Below, piece after piece: positions 37,608-48,025 of a stretch of DNA of 64,000 nucleotides (positions within the stretch are counted from its first letter, which is position 1; each line of letters starts with the position of its first letter). This DNA comes from Gammaproteobacteria bacterium (GTDB lineage Bacteria > Pseudomonadota > Gammaproteobacteria > Eutrophobiales > Eutrophobiaceae), in contig OZ220696.1 in NCBI GenBank assembly GCA_965116495.1, positions 736,001 to 800,000 on the forward strand, given 5' to 3'. Position numbers and translations under genes: made by a program. The notes under the pieces were generated by a model. It did no database searches and was not told the DNA's origin. It was given only the letters and a program-made list of their open reading frames with translations.

Positions 37608-40487
37608 GTGGATACCATACGAATCAGGGGCGCCAGGACCCACAACCTGAAGAACATCAACCTGGATTTTCCCAGGGACCGAATGATTGTGATCACAGGT
37701 TTGTCGGGGTCGGGCAAGTCATCCCTGGCGTTTGATACCATCTATGCCGACGGCCAGCGCCGCTACGTGGAGTCCCTTTCCGCCTATGCCAGGCAGTTCC
37801 TGTCCATGATGGAAAAGCCGGACGTGGATCACATAGAAGGACTGTCGCCGGCCATCAGCATAGAACAGAAGTCGACATCTCATAACCCGCGTTCGACCGT
37901 GGGCACTATTACCGAGATCTATGATTACCTGCGCCTGTTATTTGCGCGGGTGGGGGAACCGCGCTGTCCAGAACACCAGATGCCCCTGGCAGCCCAGACC
38001 ATCAGCCAGATGGTGGACCAGATTACCGAACAACCCCATGGTCGTCGGTTAATGTTGCTGGCGCCCGTGGTACAAGGCAGAAAGGGTGAACATATACAGC
38101 ATATTGAGAGAATCAGGGCTGAAGGTTTCGTACGTGCCCGTATCGACGGTAAAGTGGTTGAACTGGATAGTGTCCCGGCATTGGACCTGCGCAGAAAACA
38201 TACAATCGAAGTTGTAGTAGACCGCTTTCGGGTACGTCCCGATATCGGTTTACGGCTGGCCGAATCCCTCGAAACCGCTGTGCGCCTCTCGGACGGACTG
38301 GCGATTGTGGCGTCCATTGAGGACCCCGCTGCGGATGAGATGGTGTTCTCAACCCGGTTTGCCTGTTCGTTATGCGGTTACAGCCTGAGTGAACTGGAAC
38401 CCAGGTTATTTTCCTTTAATAATCCTGTCGGCGCGTGCCCCCGTTGCGACGGTCTTGGCGTCATTCAGTTTTTTGATGCCGGCAAGATCATCCAGGACCG
38501 TTCCCTGAGCTTGCCCGAAGGCGCCATACGCGGTTGGGACAGGCGCAATGCTTATTATTTTCAATTAATCAAATCGCTCGCCAGGCACTACGGGTTTGCA
38601 ATTGATACGCCGTTTGCCGAACTGGGTGAACAAATCCGGCAGGTGATTCTGCACGGCAGCGGTGGTGAGGAAATCGAATTTGAATACCTGCACAGCAAAC
38701 GCGGCGTCGTCCGACGTACACATAGCTTTGAGGGCGTCATCCCTAATATGCAGCGCCGCTATCGGGAGACCGAATCGGTCATGATCAGGGAAGACCTGAA
38801 CAAATACCAGAGCAGCCAGCCTTGTCCGTCCTGTAGCGGCCAGCGCCTTAACGAAGCTGCCCGGCATGTGTTTGTAAGTAATACCAACCTGCCGACAATC
38901 ACTGCTTTGCCCGTCATGCAGGCGCAGGCTTTTTTTCAGCGTCTGGTAATCCCCGGACAACGCGGGGAAATTGCTGCGCGCATACTGAAAGAGGTGGAGG
39001 ACCGGTTGCGCTTTCTTGTCAATGTAGGCCTGGATTACCTGACCCTTGACAGGAGTGCGGAAACCCTGTCAGGCGGCGAGGCCCAGCGCATCCGTCTGGC
39101 GAGCCAGATAGGGGCTGGTCTGGTCGGCGTCATGTACGTCCTGGATGAACCTTCGATAGGCCTGCATCAACGGGATAATAAACGGCTGCTGGCAACTTTA
39201 CAGCAATTGAGGGACCTGGGTAATACGGTTATCGTTGTTGAGCATGATGAAGAGGCAATCAATGCGGCTGACCACGTCATCGATATGGGTCCCGGCGCCG
39301 GAGTTCACGGCGGCAGAGTGGTTGTGCAGGGTATCCCGCAGGACATCGCCCAATGCGAGGATTCGTTGACCGGCGCATACCTGGCGGGGCGGGAGCGTAT
39401 AGCTATCCCGCCAGCGCGTGTCAAGCCTGACCCTGAGCATGTGGTAGTACTGACCGGCGCTACGGGAAACAACCTGAAATCCATACAACTGGAACTGCCG
39501 CTTGGCCTGATGACCTGTGTTACCGGAGTTTCAGGCTCGGGCAAGTCAACCCTGATCAACGATACGTTATACCGTATCGCTGCGGGCGAACTGAATCACG
39601 CAGGAACCAGGCCGGCGCCTTACCATTCCATATCCGGTCTGGACTATATCGATAAGGTGGTGGATATCAATCAAAGCCCTATCGGTCGCACGCCGCGTTC
39701 GAATCCGGCTACGTATACCGGTTTGTTTACACCAATCCGGGAACTGTTCGCAGCCACCCAGGAAGCGCGTTCCAGGGGATATAAACCCGGCCGCTTCAGT
39801 TTCAATGTCAAGGGAGGACGTTGTGAATCCTGCCAGGGAGACGGACTCATCAAGGTCGAAATGCACTTTTTGCCGGATATCTACGTAATGTGCGATGTCT
39901 GTAAGGGCAAGCGCTATAACAGGGAGACCCTGCAGGTCAGGTACAAGGGTAAAAACATCCATGAAATACTGGAAATGACGGTGGAAGATGCACGAGAGTT
40001 TTTCTCTGCAGTTCCCGTCATCGCCCGCAAACTGCAAACCCTGGTGGACGTCGGACTGGCCTACATCCGTCTCGGTCAAAATGCGACGACGCTGTCCGGG
40101 GGTGAAGCGCAACGGGTGAAACTGTCCAGAGAGTTGTCCAAACGGGATACCGGTAAGACCCTGTATATACTGGATGAACCGACTACCGGCCTGCATTTCC
40201 ATGATGTAAAACAGCTTCTCGGCGTCTTGCACAGATTACGCGATCATGGCAATACCGTGGTCGTGATCGAGCATAACCTGGATGTAATTAAAACTGCGGA
40301 CTGGATTATAGACCTGGGACCTGAAGGCGGGGACGGCGGGGGCCAAATCATCGCAACCGGCACACCGGAAGACCTGACAAAGCAGGTGCGCTCTTATACC
40401 GGCCGCTACCTGGCGTCAATTATCAGGAAACACAGAACCGTTAAACCTGAAAAGATCGTAAGACAGGCAAGGTTATTATCGAATTAA
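37608..40487 (+). CDS. uvrA: Excinuclease ABC subunit A
   Basis: GARTHNLKN, two GSGKS P-loops, LSGGEAQR twice, zinc fingers; divergent from ssb. Confidence 0.97.
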   Translation: MDTIRIRGARTHNLKNINLDFPRDRMIVITGLSGSGKSSLAFDTIYADGQRRYVESLSAYARQFLSMMEKPDVDHIEGLSPAISIEQKSTSHNPRSTVGTITEIYDYLRLLFARVGEPRCPEHQMPLAAQTISQMVDQITEQPHGRRLMLLAPVVQGRKGEHIQHIERIRAEGFVRARIDGKVVELDSVPALDLRRKHTIEVVVDRFRVRPDIGLRLAESLETAVRLSDGLAIVASIEDPAADEMVFSTRFACSLCGYSLSELEPRLFSFNNPVGACPRCDGLGVIQFFDAGKIIQDRSLSLPEGAIRGWDRRNAYYFQLIKSLARHYGFAIDTPFAELGEQIRQVILHGSGGEEIEFEYLHSKRGVVRRTHSFEGVIPNMQRRYRETESVMIREDLNKYQSSQPCPSCSGQRLNEAARHVFVSNTNLPTITALPVMQAQAFFQRLVIPGQRGEIAARILKEVEDRLRFLVNVGLDYLTLDRSAETLSGGEAQRIRLASQIGAGLVGVMYVLDEPSIGLHQRDNKRLLATLQQLRDLGNTVIVVEHDEEAINAADHVIDMGPGAGVHGGRVVVQGIPQDIAQCEDSLTGAYLAGRERIAIPPARVKPDPEHVVVLTGATGNNLKSIQLELPLGLMTCVTGVSGSGKSTLINDTLYRIAAGELNHAGTRPAPYHSISGLDYIDKVVDINQSPIGRTPRSNPATYTGLFTPIRELFAATQEARSRGYKPGRFSFNVKGGRCESCQGDGLIKVEMHFLPDIYVMCDVCKGKRYNRETLQVRYKGKNIHEILEMTVEDAREFFSAVPVIARKLQTLVDVGLAYIRLGQNATTLSGGEAQRVKLSRELSKRDTGKTLYILDEPTTGLHFHDVKQLLGVLHRLRDHGNTVVVIEHNLDVIKTADWIIDLGPEGGDGGGQIIATGTPEDLTKQVRSYTGRYLASIIRKHRTVKPEKIVRQARLLSN

Positions 40488-40601
40488 GGACATGCGCACA
40501 GCCTTGGATGTATAATAGAGTTGCCAGGCAGGCCGAAATTACACTGAAATCAAGCGCCCGGCTCGTTCTATTACTCCCGTTATTAATATAATACCAATTT
40601 T

Positions 40602-41537
40602 ATGACTGCACTCATCTGCGGCTCTTTTGCCTATGACCACATCATGGTGTTTCCCGGGCGTTTCAAGGAACACATACTGCCGGATAAAATTCACCTGCTG
40701 AACGTTTGCTTCGTGGTGCCCGATATGCAGCGCGAGTTTGGCGGTTGCGGCGGCAATATAATCTATAACACGAGGTTGTTGAATACCGATTGTGTGCCTA
40801 TGGGTACGGTAGGGATTGACTTTGCCGCATACAGGGAATGGCTGCAGAAAAACGGGATAGACCAGCGGCACCTGCGAGTGATAGGCGATACTTATACCGC
40901 GCAATGTTTTATCACTACGGACCTGGATAATAACCAGATCACGACGTTTCAGACCGGCGCCATGGCTCAGTCCCATGAAAACAAGGTGTCCATGGCGGAG
41001 GGTATCAGTATCGGCATCGTTGCCCCGGACGGCAAGGAAGGAATGCTGCAGCATGCCCGGCAATTTGCCGAGGCCGGGATACCGTTTATCTTCGACCCTG
41101 GCCAGAACGTTACCGTACTTTCCCGTGATGAACTGTTGAGCAGTTTCGAATTTGCGACGTGGCTGGTTTTCAATGATTATGAATGGCAACTGGTCGAAGA
41201 CAAGACGGGCTTGACTACAACCAGTGTCATGGACCTGGTGGAAACGCTGGTTGTTACACAGGGTGCATCAGGTTCCATCATTTATACCCGCGGGAAGCAC
41301 CTCGATATCCCGCCAGCCAGGGCTGTCCGCCTGGTTGATCCGACCGGTTGCGGCGATGCTTACCGAGCCGGGTTGTTATACGGCCTGATGCAGGATATGG
41401 ATTGGGATACGACCGGCAGGATTGCCTCACTGATGGGAAAAATAAAGATCGAAATGCGAGGTACGCAGAATCACACATTCGCCCGGCAGGAATTTGAGGA
41501 TTCATTCAAACATTACTTCGGTTATTCTTTTTGCTGA
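40602..41537 (+). CDS. PfkB-family kinase (adenosine kinase-like)
   Basis: GSFAYD, GGCGGN, FDPGQ, DPTGCGDAYRAG. Confidence 0.88.
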   Translation: MTALICGSFAYDHIMVFPGRFKEHILPDKIHLLNVCFVVPDMQREFGGCGGNIIYNTRLLNTDCVPMGTVGIDFAAYREWLQKNGIDQRHLRVIGDTYTAQCFITTDLDNNQITTFQTGAMAQSHENKVSMAEGISIGIVAPDGKEGMLQHARQFAEAGIPFIFDPGQNVTVLSRDELLSSFEFATWLVFNDYEWQLVEDKTGLTTTSVMDLVETLVVTQGASGSIIYTRGKHLDIPPARAVRLVDPTGCGDAYRAGLLYGLMQDMDWDTTGRIASLMGKIKIEMRGTQNHTFARQEFEDSFKHYFGYSFC

Positions 41538-41555
41538 ACAGCAATGAATACCAAT

Positions 41556-41579
41556 GGGGACCGATTTACGTCCGTTCCC
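41556..41579. repeat. Degenerate REP-like palindrome
   Basis: GGGGACCGATTTACGTCCGTTCCC. Confidence 0.45.
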
Positions 41580-41606
41580 GGTCGCCCCTGTTTCAATGGG
41601 ATGAAT

Positions 41607-41635
41607 TTGCAACTTCACTGTCTATACACTATACT
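41607..41635 (+). promoter_or_regulatory. Sigma70 promoter of the rpsF operon
   Basis: TTGCAA-17bp-TATACT. Confidence 0.75.
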
Positions 41636-41644
41636 GCGCCCTCG

Positions 41645-41690
41645 ATCCTTGCCTCACCGCATTGACGGGAGGCTGAACCCATGAGGACAT
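41645..41690 (+). promoter_or_regulatory. S6:S18 ribosomal protein leader RNA
   Basis: ATCCTTGCCTC...GGAGGCTGAACCC..GAGGA, matching the gammaproteobacterial rpsF leader hairpin with CCC motif. Confidence 0.7.
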
Positions 41691-41694
41691 GACA

Positions 41695-42162
41695 ATGAGA
41701 CATTATGAAATCGTGTTTCTGGTCCACCCGGACCAGAGCGAACAGGTCCCTGCCATGATTGACCGGTACCGTTCCATGATCGAGTCTAACCAGGGTGTAA
41801 TCCATCGCCTGGAAGACTGGGGACGGCGGCAACTGGCTTATCCCATCAACAAGATTCATAAGGCACATTACGTGTTAATGAACATAGAGTGTGACCAGGT
41901 CACCCTGGACCAGTTGAATAACGCTTTCAGGTTCAATGACGCGGTTATTCGCGATCTTGTTTTCCGCAGGGAAAGTGCTGTCATAGATCCTTCGCCACTG
42001 GTAAAAGCCACAGAGCAGGACCAGGAAGAAGAGTTTGGCGGCAGTATGGACCAGGTTGTTCCTCCGAATACAGACAAGGACTACACTGGAGATAAGGAGG
42101 ATGAGCAACAAACCGGTTCAGTTCAGGAAGAGGATGAGCCTGAAGTTAAAGAAAGCGCTTGA
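41695..42162 (+). CDS. rpsF: 30S ribosomal protein S6, long acidic C-terminal tail
   Basis: [18 protein letters not shown]...[10 protein letters not shown]. Confidence 0.97.
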   Translation: MRHYEIVFLVHPDQSEQVPAMIDRYRSMIESNQGVIHRLEDWGRRQLAYPINKIHKAHYVLMNIECDQVTLDQLNNAFRFNDAVIRDLVFRRESAVIDPSPLVKATEQDQEEEFGGSMDQVVPPNTDKDYTGDKEDEQQTGSVQEEDEPEVKESA

Positions 42163-42255
42163 TCTGACCTTGCGGAGCACACTCATGGCGCCGGTGTGAA
42201 ACGCGGGTCGATAATGACACAACACAGACAGTCGAACAACCACCTCAGGTGACAC

Positions 42256-42480
42256 ATGGCGAGATATTTTAGAAGAAAGCGGTTTTGCAAGTTTTCTGCT
42301 GAAGGTATTGATGAAATTGATTATAAAGATATCAATACGTTAAAAGCATATATTACTGAAACAGGCAAAATTGTGCCCAGCAGGATATCCGGCACTAAAG
42401 CTAAATACCAGCGGCAGCTGGCTACAGCAATCAAGCGCGCGAGATACCTGTCGTTGCTGCCCTACAGCGACGCCCATTAG
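42256..42480 (+). CDS. rpsR: 30S ribosomal protein S18
   Basis: [13 protein letters not shown]...IDYKD...GKIVPSRI. Confidence 0.97.
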   Translation: MARYFRRKRFCKFSAEGIDEIDYKDINTLKAYITETGKIVPSRISGTKAKYQRQLATAIKRARYLSLLPYSDAH

Positions 42481-42495
42481 AAGATTACCTGGCTG

Positions 42496-43404
42496 GTGGA
42501 GGGGCTTGGCAACTACCTGTTGAAAACTCGCATTCATGCGATTTTGACCGTCAGTGCATTGACCATATTGTCGGTATTCATATCACCCTTATCCTATTTT
42601 ATCAGTGGCGCACCGATGGGACTGGTGGCTCTGCGCAAAGGCTACCTTACCGGTTTGCAGGTTGCTGCAGGCTGCTTGTTACTGATTGCGCTGATGGCAA
42701 TGGCACTCAGCGTACAACCGCGAATTCCGGTTGCCTACATGGTATCTGTCTGGCTGCCTGTAATCCTGTGCGCCGGCATACTGAGAAGAACGCATTCCCA
42801 GGGCTTGATGGTTCTGGGCGCCGGCATGACAGGCATGTTGTTTACTGCTTATATACATTTTGTACTGGAAGATATCCGGGGCTGGTGGCAGGAGTGGTTT
42901 GACAGCTGGAAACAATATGCGACATCTGACCAGGCCGCGCAACAGCTTGAACAGGTATACCAGTTTATCAGTCCGCTGCTTTCGGTATTTATCGCGTCAG
43001 GCTTTGTTATCAGTCTTATTACCACCTTGCTGCTGGCGCGTTGGTGGCAGTCGCGGTTGTTTAATCCCGGCGGTTTCAGGAAAGAGTTTTACTCATTGAG
43101 ACTGCCTCGTATCCTGGTGTTTCCCACACTGCTGGGCCTGTTTGCACTGATGCTTGCGCCTGATAATGCGTCCATAGCGCTCCGGGACGGGGTGATACTG
43201 ATGCTGGTTCTTTACCTGTACCAGGGGCTGTCAGTCATACACGGATTTTTATATCACAGGGCCTTTTCCAGGTTCTGGTTGACCGGTATGTATGCGGGGT
43301 TTTTCCTTTTGCCCCATGCCATTCTGTTGTTTGTGAGTTGTGCCGGGATCGTAAACGCCTGCCTGGGAAAAGAGCAGTCACAGATCACGGATAAGAACGT
43401 ATGA
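42496..43404 (+). CDS. DUF2232 (YybS-like) membrane protein
   Basis: LARWWQSRLFNPGGF..EF motif; conserved between rpsR and rplI. Confidence 0.85.
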   Translation: MEGLGNYLLKTRIHAILTVSALTILSVFISPLSYFISGAPMGLVALRKGYLTGLQVAAGCLLLIALMAMALSVQPRIPVAYMVSVWLPVILCAGILRRTHSQGLMVLGAGMTGMLFTAYIHFVLEDIRGWWQEWFDSWKQYATSDQAAQQLEQVYQFISPLLSVFIASGFVISLITTLLLARWWQSRLFNPGGFRKEFYSLRLPRILVFPTLLGLFALMLAPDNASIALRDGVILMLVLYLYQGLSVIHGFLYHRAFSRFWLTGMYAGFFLLPHAILLFVSCAGIVNACLGKEQSQITDKNV

Positions 43405-43440
43405 TTATGCTATGATTAACTGTAAATTCGGAGTGGAGCA

Positions 43441-43905
43441 ATGCAGGTAATATTACTGGAAAAGATCGCGAAACTGGGTGAACTTGGACAGCAGGTCCAC
43501 GTTAAGCCTGGATATGGAAGAAACTTCCTTATCCCCAGTGGAAAGGCGGTACCGGCTACACCGGGGAATATAGAAAAATTCGAGGCACAAAGGGCCGAAC
43601 TGGAAAATGCGCAGGAACAGGTTCTGGCCGCTGCGCAAACCAGGGCTGAAAAACTCAATGCTCTGGAGGTCACCCTGCTTAGAAAAACCGTATCAGAAGA
43701 CAGGTTATACGGTTCGGTAGGCGCAAGCGATATCGTAGCTGCTGTTGTCGAGGCCGGCCTGGAAGTCACCAAGCATGAAATCAGGTTGCCTGACGGGCCG
43801 TTCAGGACTTTGGGGGAATATGAGGTTGAACTGCATTTACATGCGGACGTTAATGTGCACATAAAGCTGAACATAGCCGCAGAACAAGCCGCAGCCGAGG
43901 ATTGA
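43441..43905 (+). CDS. rplI: 50S ribosomal protein L9
   Basis: MQVILLEKI...VKPGYGRNFLIP. Confidence 0.97.
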   Translation: MQVILLEKIAKLGELGQQVHVKPGYGRNFLIPSGKAVPATPGNIEKFEAQRAELENAQEQVLAAAQTRAEKLNALEVTLLRKTVSEDRLYGSVGASDIVAAVVEAGLEVTKHEIRLPDGPFRTLGEYEVELHLHADVNVHIKLNIAAEQAAAED

Positions 43906-44021
43906 TCCGGATCCACATCCCCCGGGGGATAATGAACCTGTAACAGGTTCAGACAATAAAATTGAACCGGCTCACCGGATATCGCTGGTGCCGGATGCAA
44001 CGGGAATAATTCCTGACCGAG

Positions 44022-45416
44022 ATGATAGAACCCGCATATACCATGGCAGATCCGGAAACTAGGGCGCTGAAGATTCCGCCGCACTCCATTGAAGCCGAAC
44101 AGTCAGTCCTGGGCGGACTTTTTTTGGATAAGGATGCATTGCTGAAGGTCGTTGAACGGGTGCGGGCAGATGACTTTTACCGTCAGGATCACAGGATCAT
44201 ATTTAATGCCGTCATTGCCCTGGATGACAATGGAAAACCGTTTGATCTCGTAACGGTTGCCGAATGGCTGGAATCCCACCAGCAACTGGATGACGCCGGC
44301 GGTTTATCCTATCTGGCCGAACTGGCCGAGAATACCCCCAGCGCCAGCAACGTTGGCGTTTATGCGGATATCGTACGTAAACGTTCTGTACTCAGGCAAC
44401 TGATTTCCGCCACCGTAAATATCAATGAAACCGTTTTTAATCCCAAGGGGCTGAGCAGTGAGCAGGTCCTTGATTTTGCCGAACAGGCTGTATTTGAAAT
44501 AGCCGAACAGGAAAACAGGGGGAGACGAGCGTATCAAAACATTAAGGACTTGCTGGTCGGCGCCCTGGACAGGGTGGATGAGCTGTACCGTAAAAAAACC
44601 CCCATTACCGGTATTGCAACCGGGTTTGACGATTTCGATGAGCGGACTGCCGGATTGCAGAAATCCGACCTGATTATCGTTGCCGGCAGGCCCTCAATGG
44701 GGAAAACGGCATTTGCCATCAATATAGCCGAGCACGCCGCTATAAAGGAAGAGTTGTCGGTAGCTGTCTTCAGCATGGAAATGCCGGGCGAACAACTGGC
44801 CATGCGGATGATGTCGTCGCTGGGCCGGGTGGACCAGCACAAGGTTCGCACAGGGAAATTGCAGGATGAGGACTGGCCGCGCCTTACCTCCGCAGTGACG
44901 CTGTTGAAAGATAAAACCCTGTTTGTCGATGATACGCCGGCCTTGACGCCGGCAGAACTGCGGGCAAGATGCCGGCGCATTGCCAGGGAATATAAACTGG
45001 ACCTGATCATTATAGATTACCTGCAGTTAATGCAGATTCCGAACACATCCGAGAACCGGGCCACTGAAATTTCCGAGATATCCCGCTCCCTGAAAGCCAT
45101 GGCCAAGGAACTCAACGTACCTGTCGTTGCCTTATCCCAGTTGAACCGCAGTCTTGAGCAGCGCCCCAATAAACGGCCGGTCATGTCCGATCTGCGTGAA
45201 TCCGGCGCTATCGAACAGGATGCCGATGTCATCGTATTTATCTACCGGGATGAAGTCTATAATGAGGACACTATGGACAAGGGCGTTGCGGAAATTATCA
45301 TAGGTAAACAACGCAACGGTCCCATCGGCACGGTGAAACTGGCATTCCTCGGCCAGTACACCCGCTTCGAAGACTACATAGAAGAAACCTCGTACATGTC
45401 GGGCAGAGGTGAATGA
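44022..45416 (+). CDS. dnaB: Replicative DNA helicase
   Basis: PPHSIEAEQSVLG, GRPSMGKT, IDYLQL, SDLRESGAIEQDAD; no intein. Confidence 0.97.
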   Translation: MIEPAYTMADPETRALKIPPHSIEAEQSVLGGLFLDKDALLKVVERVRADDFYRQDHRIIFNAVIALDDNGKPFDLVTVAEWLESHQQLDDAGGLSYLAELAENTPSASNVGVYADIVRKRSVLRQLISATVNINETVFNPKGLSSEQVLDFAEQAVFEIAEQENRGRRAYQNIKDLLVGALDRVDELYRKKTPITGIATGFDDFDERTAGLQKSDLIIVAGRPSMGKTAFAINIAEHAAIKEELSVAVFSMEMPGEQLAMRMMSSLGRVDQHKVRTGKLQDEDWPRLTSAVTLLKDKTLFVDDTPALTPAELRARCRRIAREYKLDLIIIDYLQLMQIPNTSENRATEISEISRSLKAMAKELNVPVVALSQLNRSLEQRPNKRPVMSDLRESGAIEQDADVIVFIYRDEVYNEDTMDKGVAEIIIGKQRNGPIGTVKLAFLGQYTRFEDYIEETSYMSGRGE

Positions 45417-46501
45417 CCCGGCCTGCCAGGGTAATCATTGACCTTGATGCGTTACGCCATAACTTGTCGAGAGTCAGGCATTATGCCCCTAACAGCAAAA
45501 TCATGGCTATCGTCAAAGCTGATGCCTATGGACACGGCATTACCCGGGTAGCCCGGGTACTGGCGGGTGCCGACAGCTTTGGTGTTGCCTGCCTGGAAGA
45601 GGCCCGGCAGCTGAGGGAAGCGGGAATCGAGAAAAAAATCCTGTTGCTTGAAGGGCCCTACGCCGAAGCAGAGATAGCAGATATTCAACATTTCCGCCTT
45701 GATATGGTTATTCATGACTGGCACCAGGTCGGCCTGCTGGATACTGCAACCATCACTTCTCCCGTCAATGTCTGGTTAAAGATTGACAGCGGCATGCACC
45801 GCCTGGGCTTTGCTCCGTCAGAAGTCGGCGAGGTCTGGGGAATACTGCGTCAGCATAAAAGGGTGACTGGGAATGTCCGCTTTATCACACACCTGGCTTG
45901 CGCGAATGAAAAGGACAATGCCATGACCCGGCAGCAGACCGATGTTTTTTTAACCGCAACAAGGCCATACCCGGCCGAGAGATCCCTGGCTAATTCGGCG
46001 GCGGTTATTACCTCGCAGGAGTATTGTCTGGATTGGGTAAGACCCGGTTTGATGCTATACGGAGTATCGCCGATTGACGGACAGGCCGGATCTGAGTTTG
46101 AACTTAATCCAGTGATGACACTGGAATCCGCCCTTATATCCGTTAAACACCTTAAACGCGGTGAGCCGGTCGGTTACGGAGCAAGCTGGCGCTGCCCCGA
46201 AGACATGCCCGTAGGTGTAGTCGCCGCAGGCTATGGGGACGGATACCCGCGCAACGCAAGAACCGGCACACCGATACTGGTGAAGGGGAAGCCGTGCGCC
46301 CTGATCGGCAAACCGTCCATGGATATGATCACCCTTGACCTGCGTGGTTGTCCGGAAGCCAGGACGGGCGATACCGTTTTATTGTGGGGCAAGGGTCTGC
46401 CCATTGAAGAAACCGCTGCCCACGCGGATACGGTCCCATATGAATTGCTGTGCGGGGTACACAAACGCCTGGAGTTTATTGCTCATGGCCGGCAAGGTTA
46501 A
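45413..46501 (+). CDS. alr: Alanine racemase
   Basis: AIVKADAYGHG, KIDSGMHRLG, GYGDGYPR. Confidence 0.95.
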   Translation: MTRPARVIIDLDALRHNLSRVRHYAPNSKIMAIVKADAYGHGITRVARVLAGADSFGVACLEEARQLREAGIEKKILLLEGPYAEAEIADIQHFRLDMVIHDWHQVGLLDTATITSPVNVWLKIDSGMHRLGFAPSEVGEVWGILRQHKRVTGNVRFITHLACANEKDNAMTRQQTDVFLTATRPYPAERSLANSAAVITSQEYCLDWVRPGLMLYGVSPIDGQAGSEFELNPVMTLESALISVKHLKRGEPVGYGASWRCPEDMPVGVVAAGYGDGYPRNARTGTPILVKGKPCALIGKPSMDMITLDLRGCPEARTGDTVLLWGKGLPIEETAAHADTVPYELLCGVHKRLEFIAHGRQG

Positions 46502-46553
46502 CCCGCATATCTCACCAATTCGCTTGGGGGAAGACTGGAACTGATGGTGAAAT

Positions 46554-47927
46554 ATGCGGGTCAAAACACGGTACCAGTGTAACGAATGTGGCGCCGTCAC
46601 GCCCAAATGGACCGGACAATGCGCTGATTGCAGTGCCTGGAACACATTAAGCGAGGTTACGGTTGAAACAAAGACCCCGGTTAATGAACGGTTTCAATCC
46701 CATGGTGTGACCCAGGCAGAAGTCCGCAAGCTGGACGAGGTAGACCTGGTGAAACAGGCGCGCACGACAACCGGGTCGGCAGAATTCGATCGCGCACTGG
46801 GCGGTGGACTGGTCGGCGGTTCCGTAATCCTGCTGGGTGGCGATCCGGGCATAGGTAAATCCACCCTGCTGCTCCAGGTGCTCTCGGCCCTGGCCGAAAA
46901 TGAGAGGCTCGATACCTTGTACGTAAGCGGAGAAGAGTCCATGGAACAGATAAGCCTGCGCGCGGACAGGCTGGGTCTGCCGGCAACCGGATTGTTCGTC
47001 CTGGCTGAAAACCAGTTGGAAAATATCTTTGCTGCTGCAAGCAATCACAAGCCAAAGGTACTGGTGGTTGATTCTATCCAGACCGTATTTTCAGAGGCAC
47101 TGCAATCTGCTCCCGGATCTGTTGCTCAAGTACGCGAGTGTGCAGCCAGGCTTGTGCGATTTGCCAAACAGACGCAAACGACAGTTTTCCTGGTCGGGCA
47201 TGTAACGAAGGAGGGTTCCCTGGCGGGACCCCGGGTACTGGAGCATGTAGTCGATACGGTGTTGTATTTCGAGGGAGACAGCAACAGCCGTTACCGGATG
47301 ATCCGATCAGTCAAGAACCGTTACGGGGCCGTCAATGAGCTTGGCGTTTTTGCCATGACCGATAAAGGACTGCGCGAGGTCAATAACCCGTCGGCCATTT
47401 TCCTTACAACCCAGGGTGAACCTGCGCCTGGGACTGCCATACTTGTAACCCGCGAGGGGAGTCGTCCATTGCTGGTTGAAGTTCAGGCACTTGTAGACCC
47501 ATCCTACGGCAATCAACCGCGCCGGGTAACCGTGGGCCTGGAACAAAACCGGCTGTCCATGTTGCTGGCGGTATTACACAGACATGCGGGTATTGTCACC
47601 TATGATCAGGACGTTTTCGTTAATGTTGTCGGTGGCGTTAAACTTACGGAAACTGCCGCGGACCTGGCTATCCTGACGGCGGTTCTGTCCAGCCTGCGGG
47701 ACCAACCTCTGGCTGATAACCTGATTATTTTCGGAGAAGTCGGCCTCACAGGTGAAATAAGACCTGTACAAGAGGGTCAGGAACGATTGAAGGAAGCAAA
47801 AAAACACGGGTTTACCAGGGCCATCGTCCCCGTTGCCAACGCGCCGAAGAAAAAGAGCGGTCAAATTGAAATATACCCGGTCAGGCGCCTTAGTCAGGCG
47901 ATCGAAGCGCTTAAATCGATAGAGTAG
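46554..47927 (+). CDS. radA: DNA repair protein RadA/Sms
   Basis: C4 zinc finger, GDPGIGKSTLL, KNRYG. Confidence 0.96.
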   Translation: MRVKTRYQCNECGAVTPKWTGQCADCSAWNTLSEVTVETKTPVNERFQSHGVTQAEVRKLDEVDLVKQARTTTGSAEFDRALGGGLVGGSVILLGGDPGIGKSTLLLQVLSALAENERLDTLYVSGEESMEQISLRADRLGLPATGLFVLAENQLENIFAAASNHKPKVLVVDSIQTVFSEALQSAPGSVAQVRECAARLVRFAKQTQTTVFLVGHVTKEGSLAGPRVLEHVVDTVLYFEGDSNSRYRMIRSVKNRYGAVNELGVFAMTDKGLREVNNPSAIFLTTQGEPAPGTAILVTREGSRPLLVEVQALVDPSYGNQPRRVTVGLEQNRLSMLLAVLHRHAGIVTYDQDVFVNVVGGVKLTETAADLAILTAVLSSLRDQPLADNLIIFGEVGLTGEIRPVQEGQERLKEAKKHGFTRAIVPVANAPKKKSGQIEIYPVRRLSQAIEALKSIE

Positions 47928-48025
47928 GATTTGTGGGGCTGAGTAAAAATACCTGATAGTACAGCAACACAATCTGCCGGATTGGTCGTATTTTACTCTG
48001 ACCCCGGGTATCCGGCAGGAGAGGA

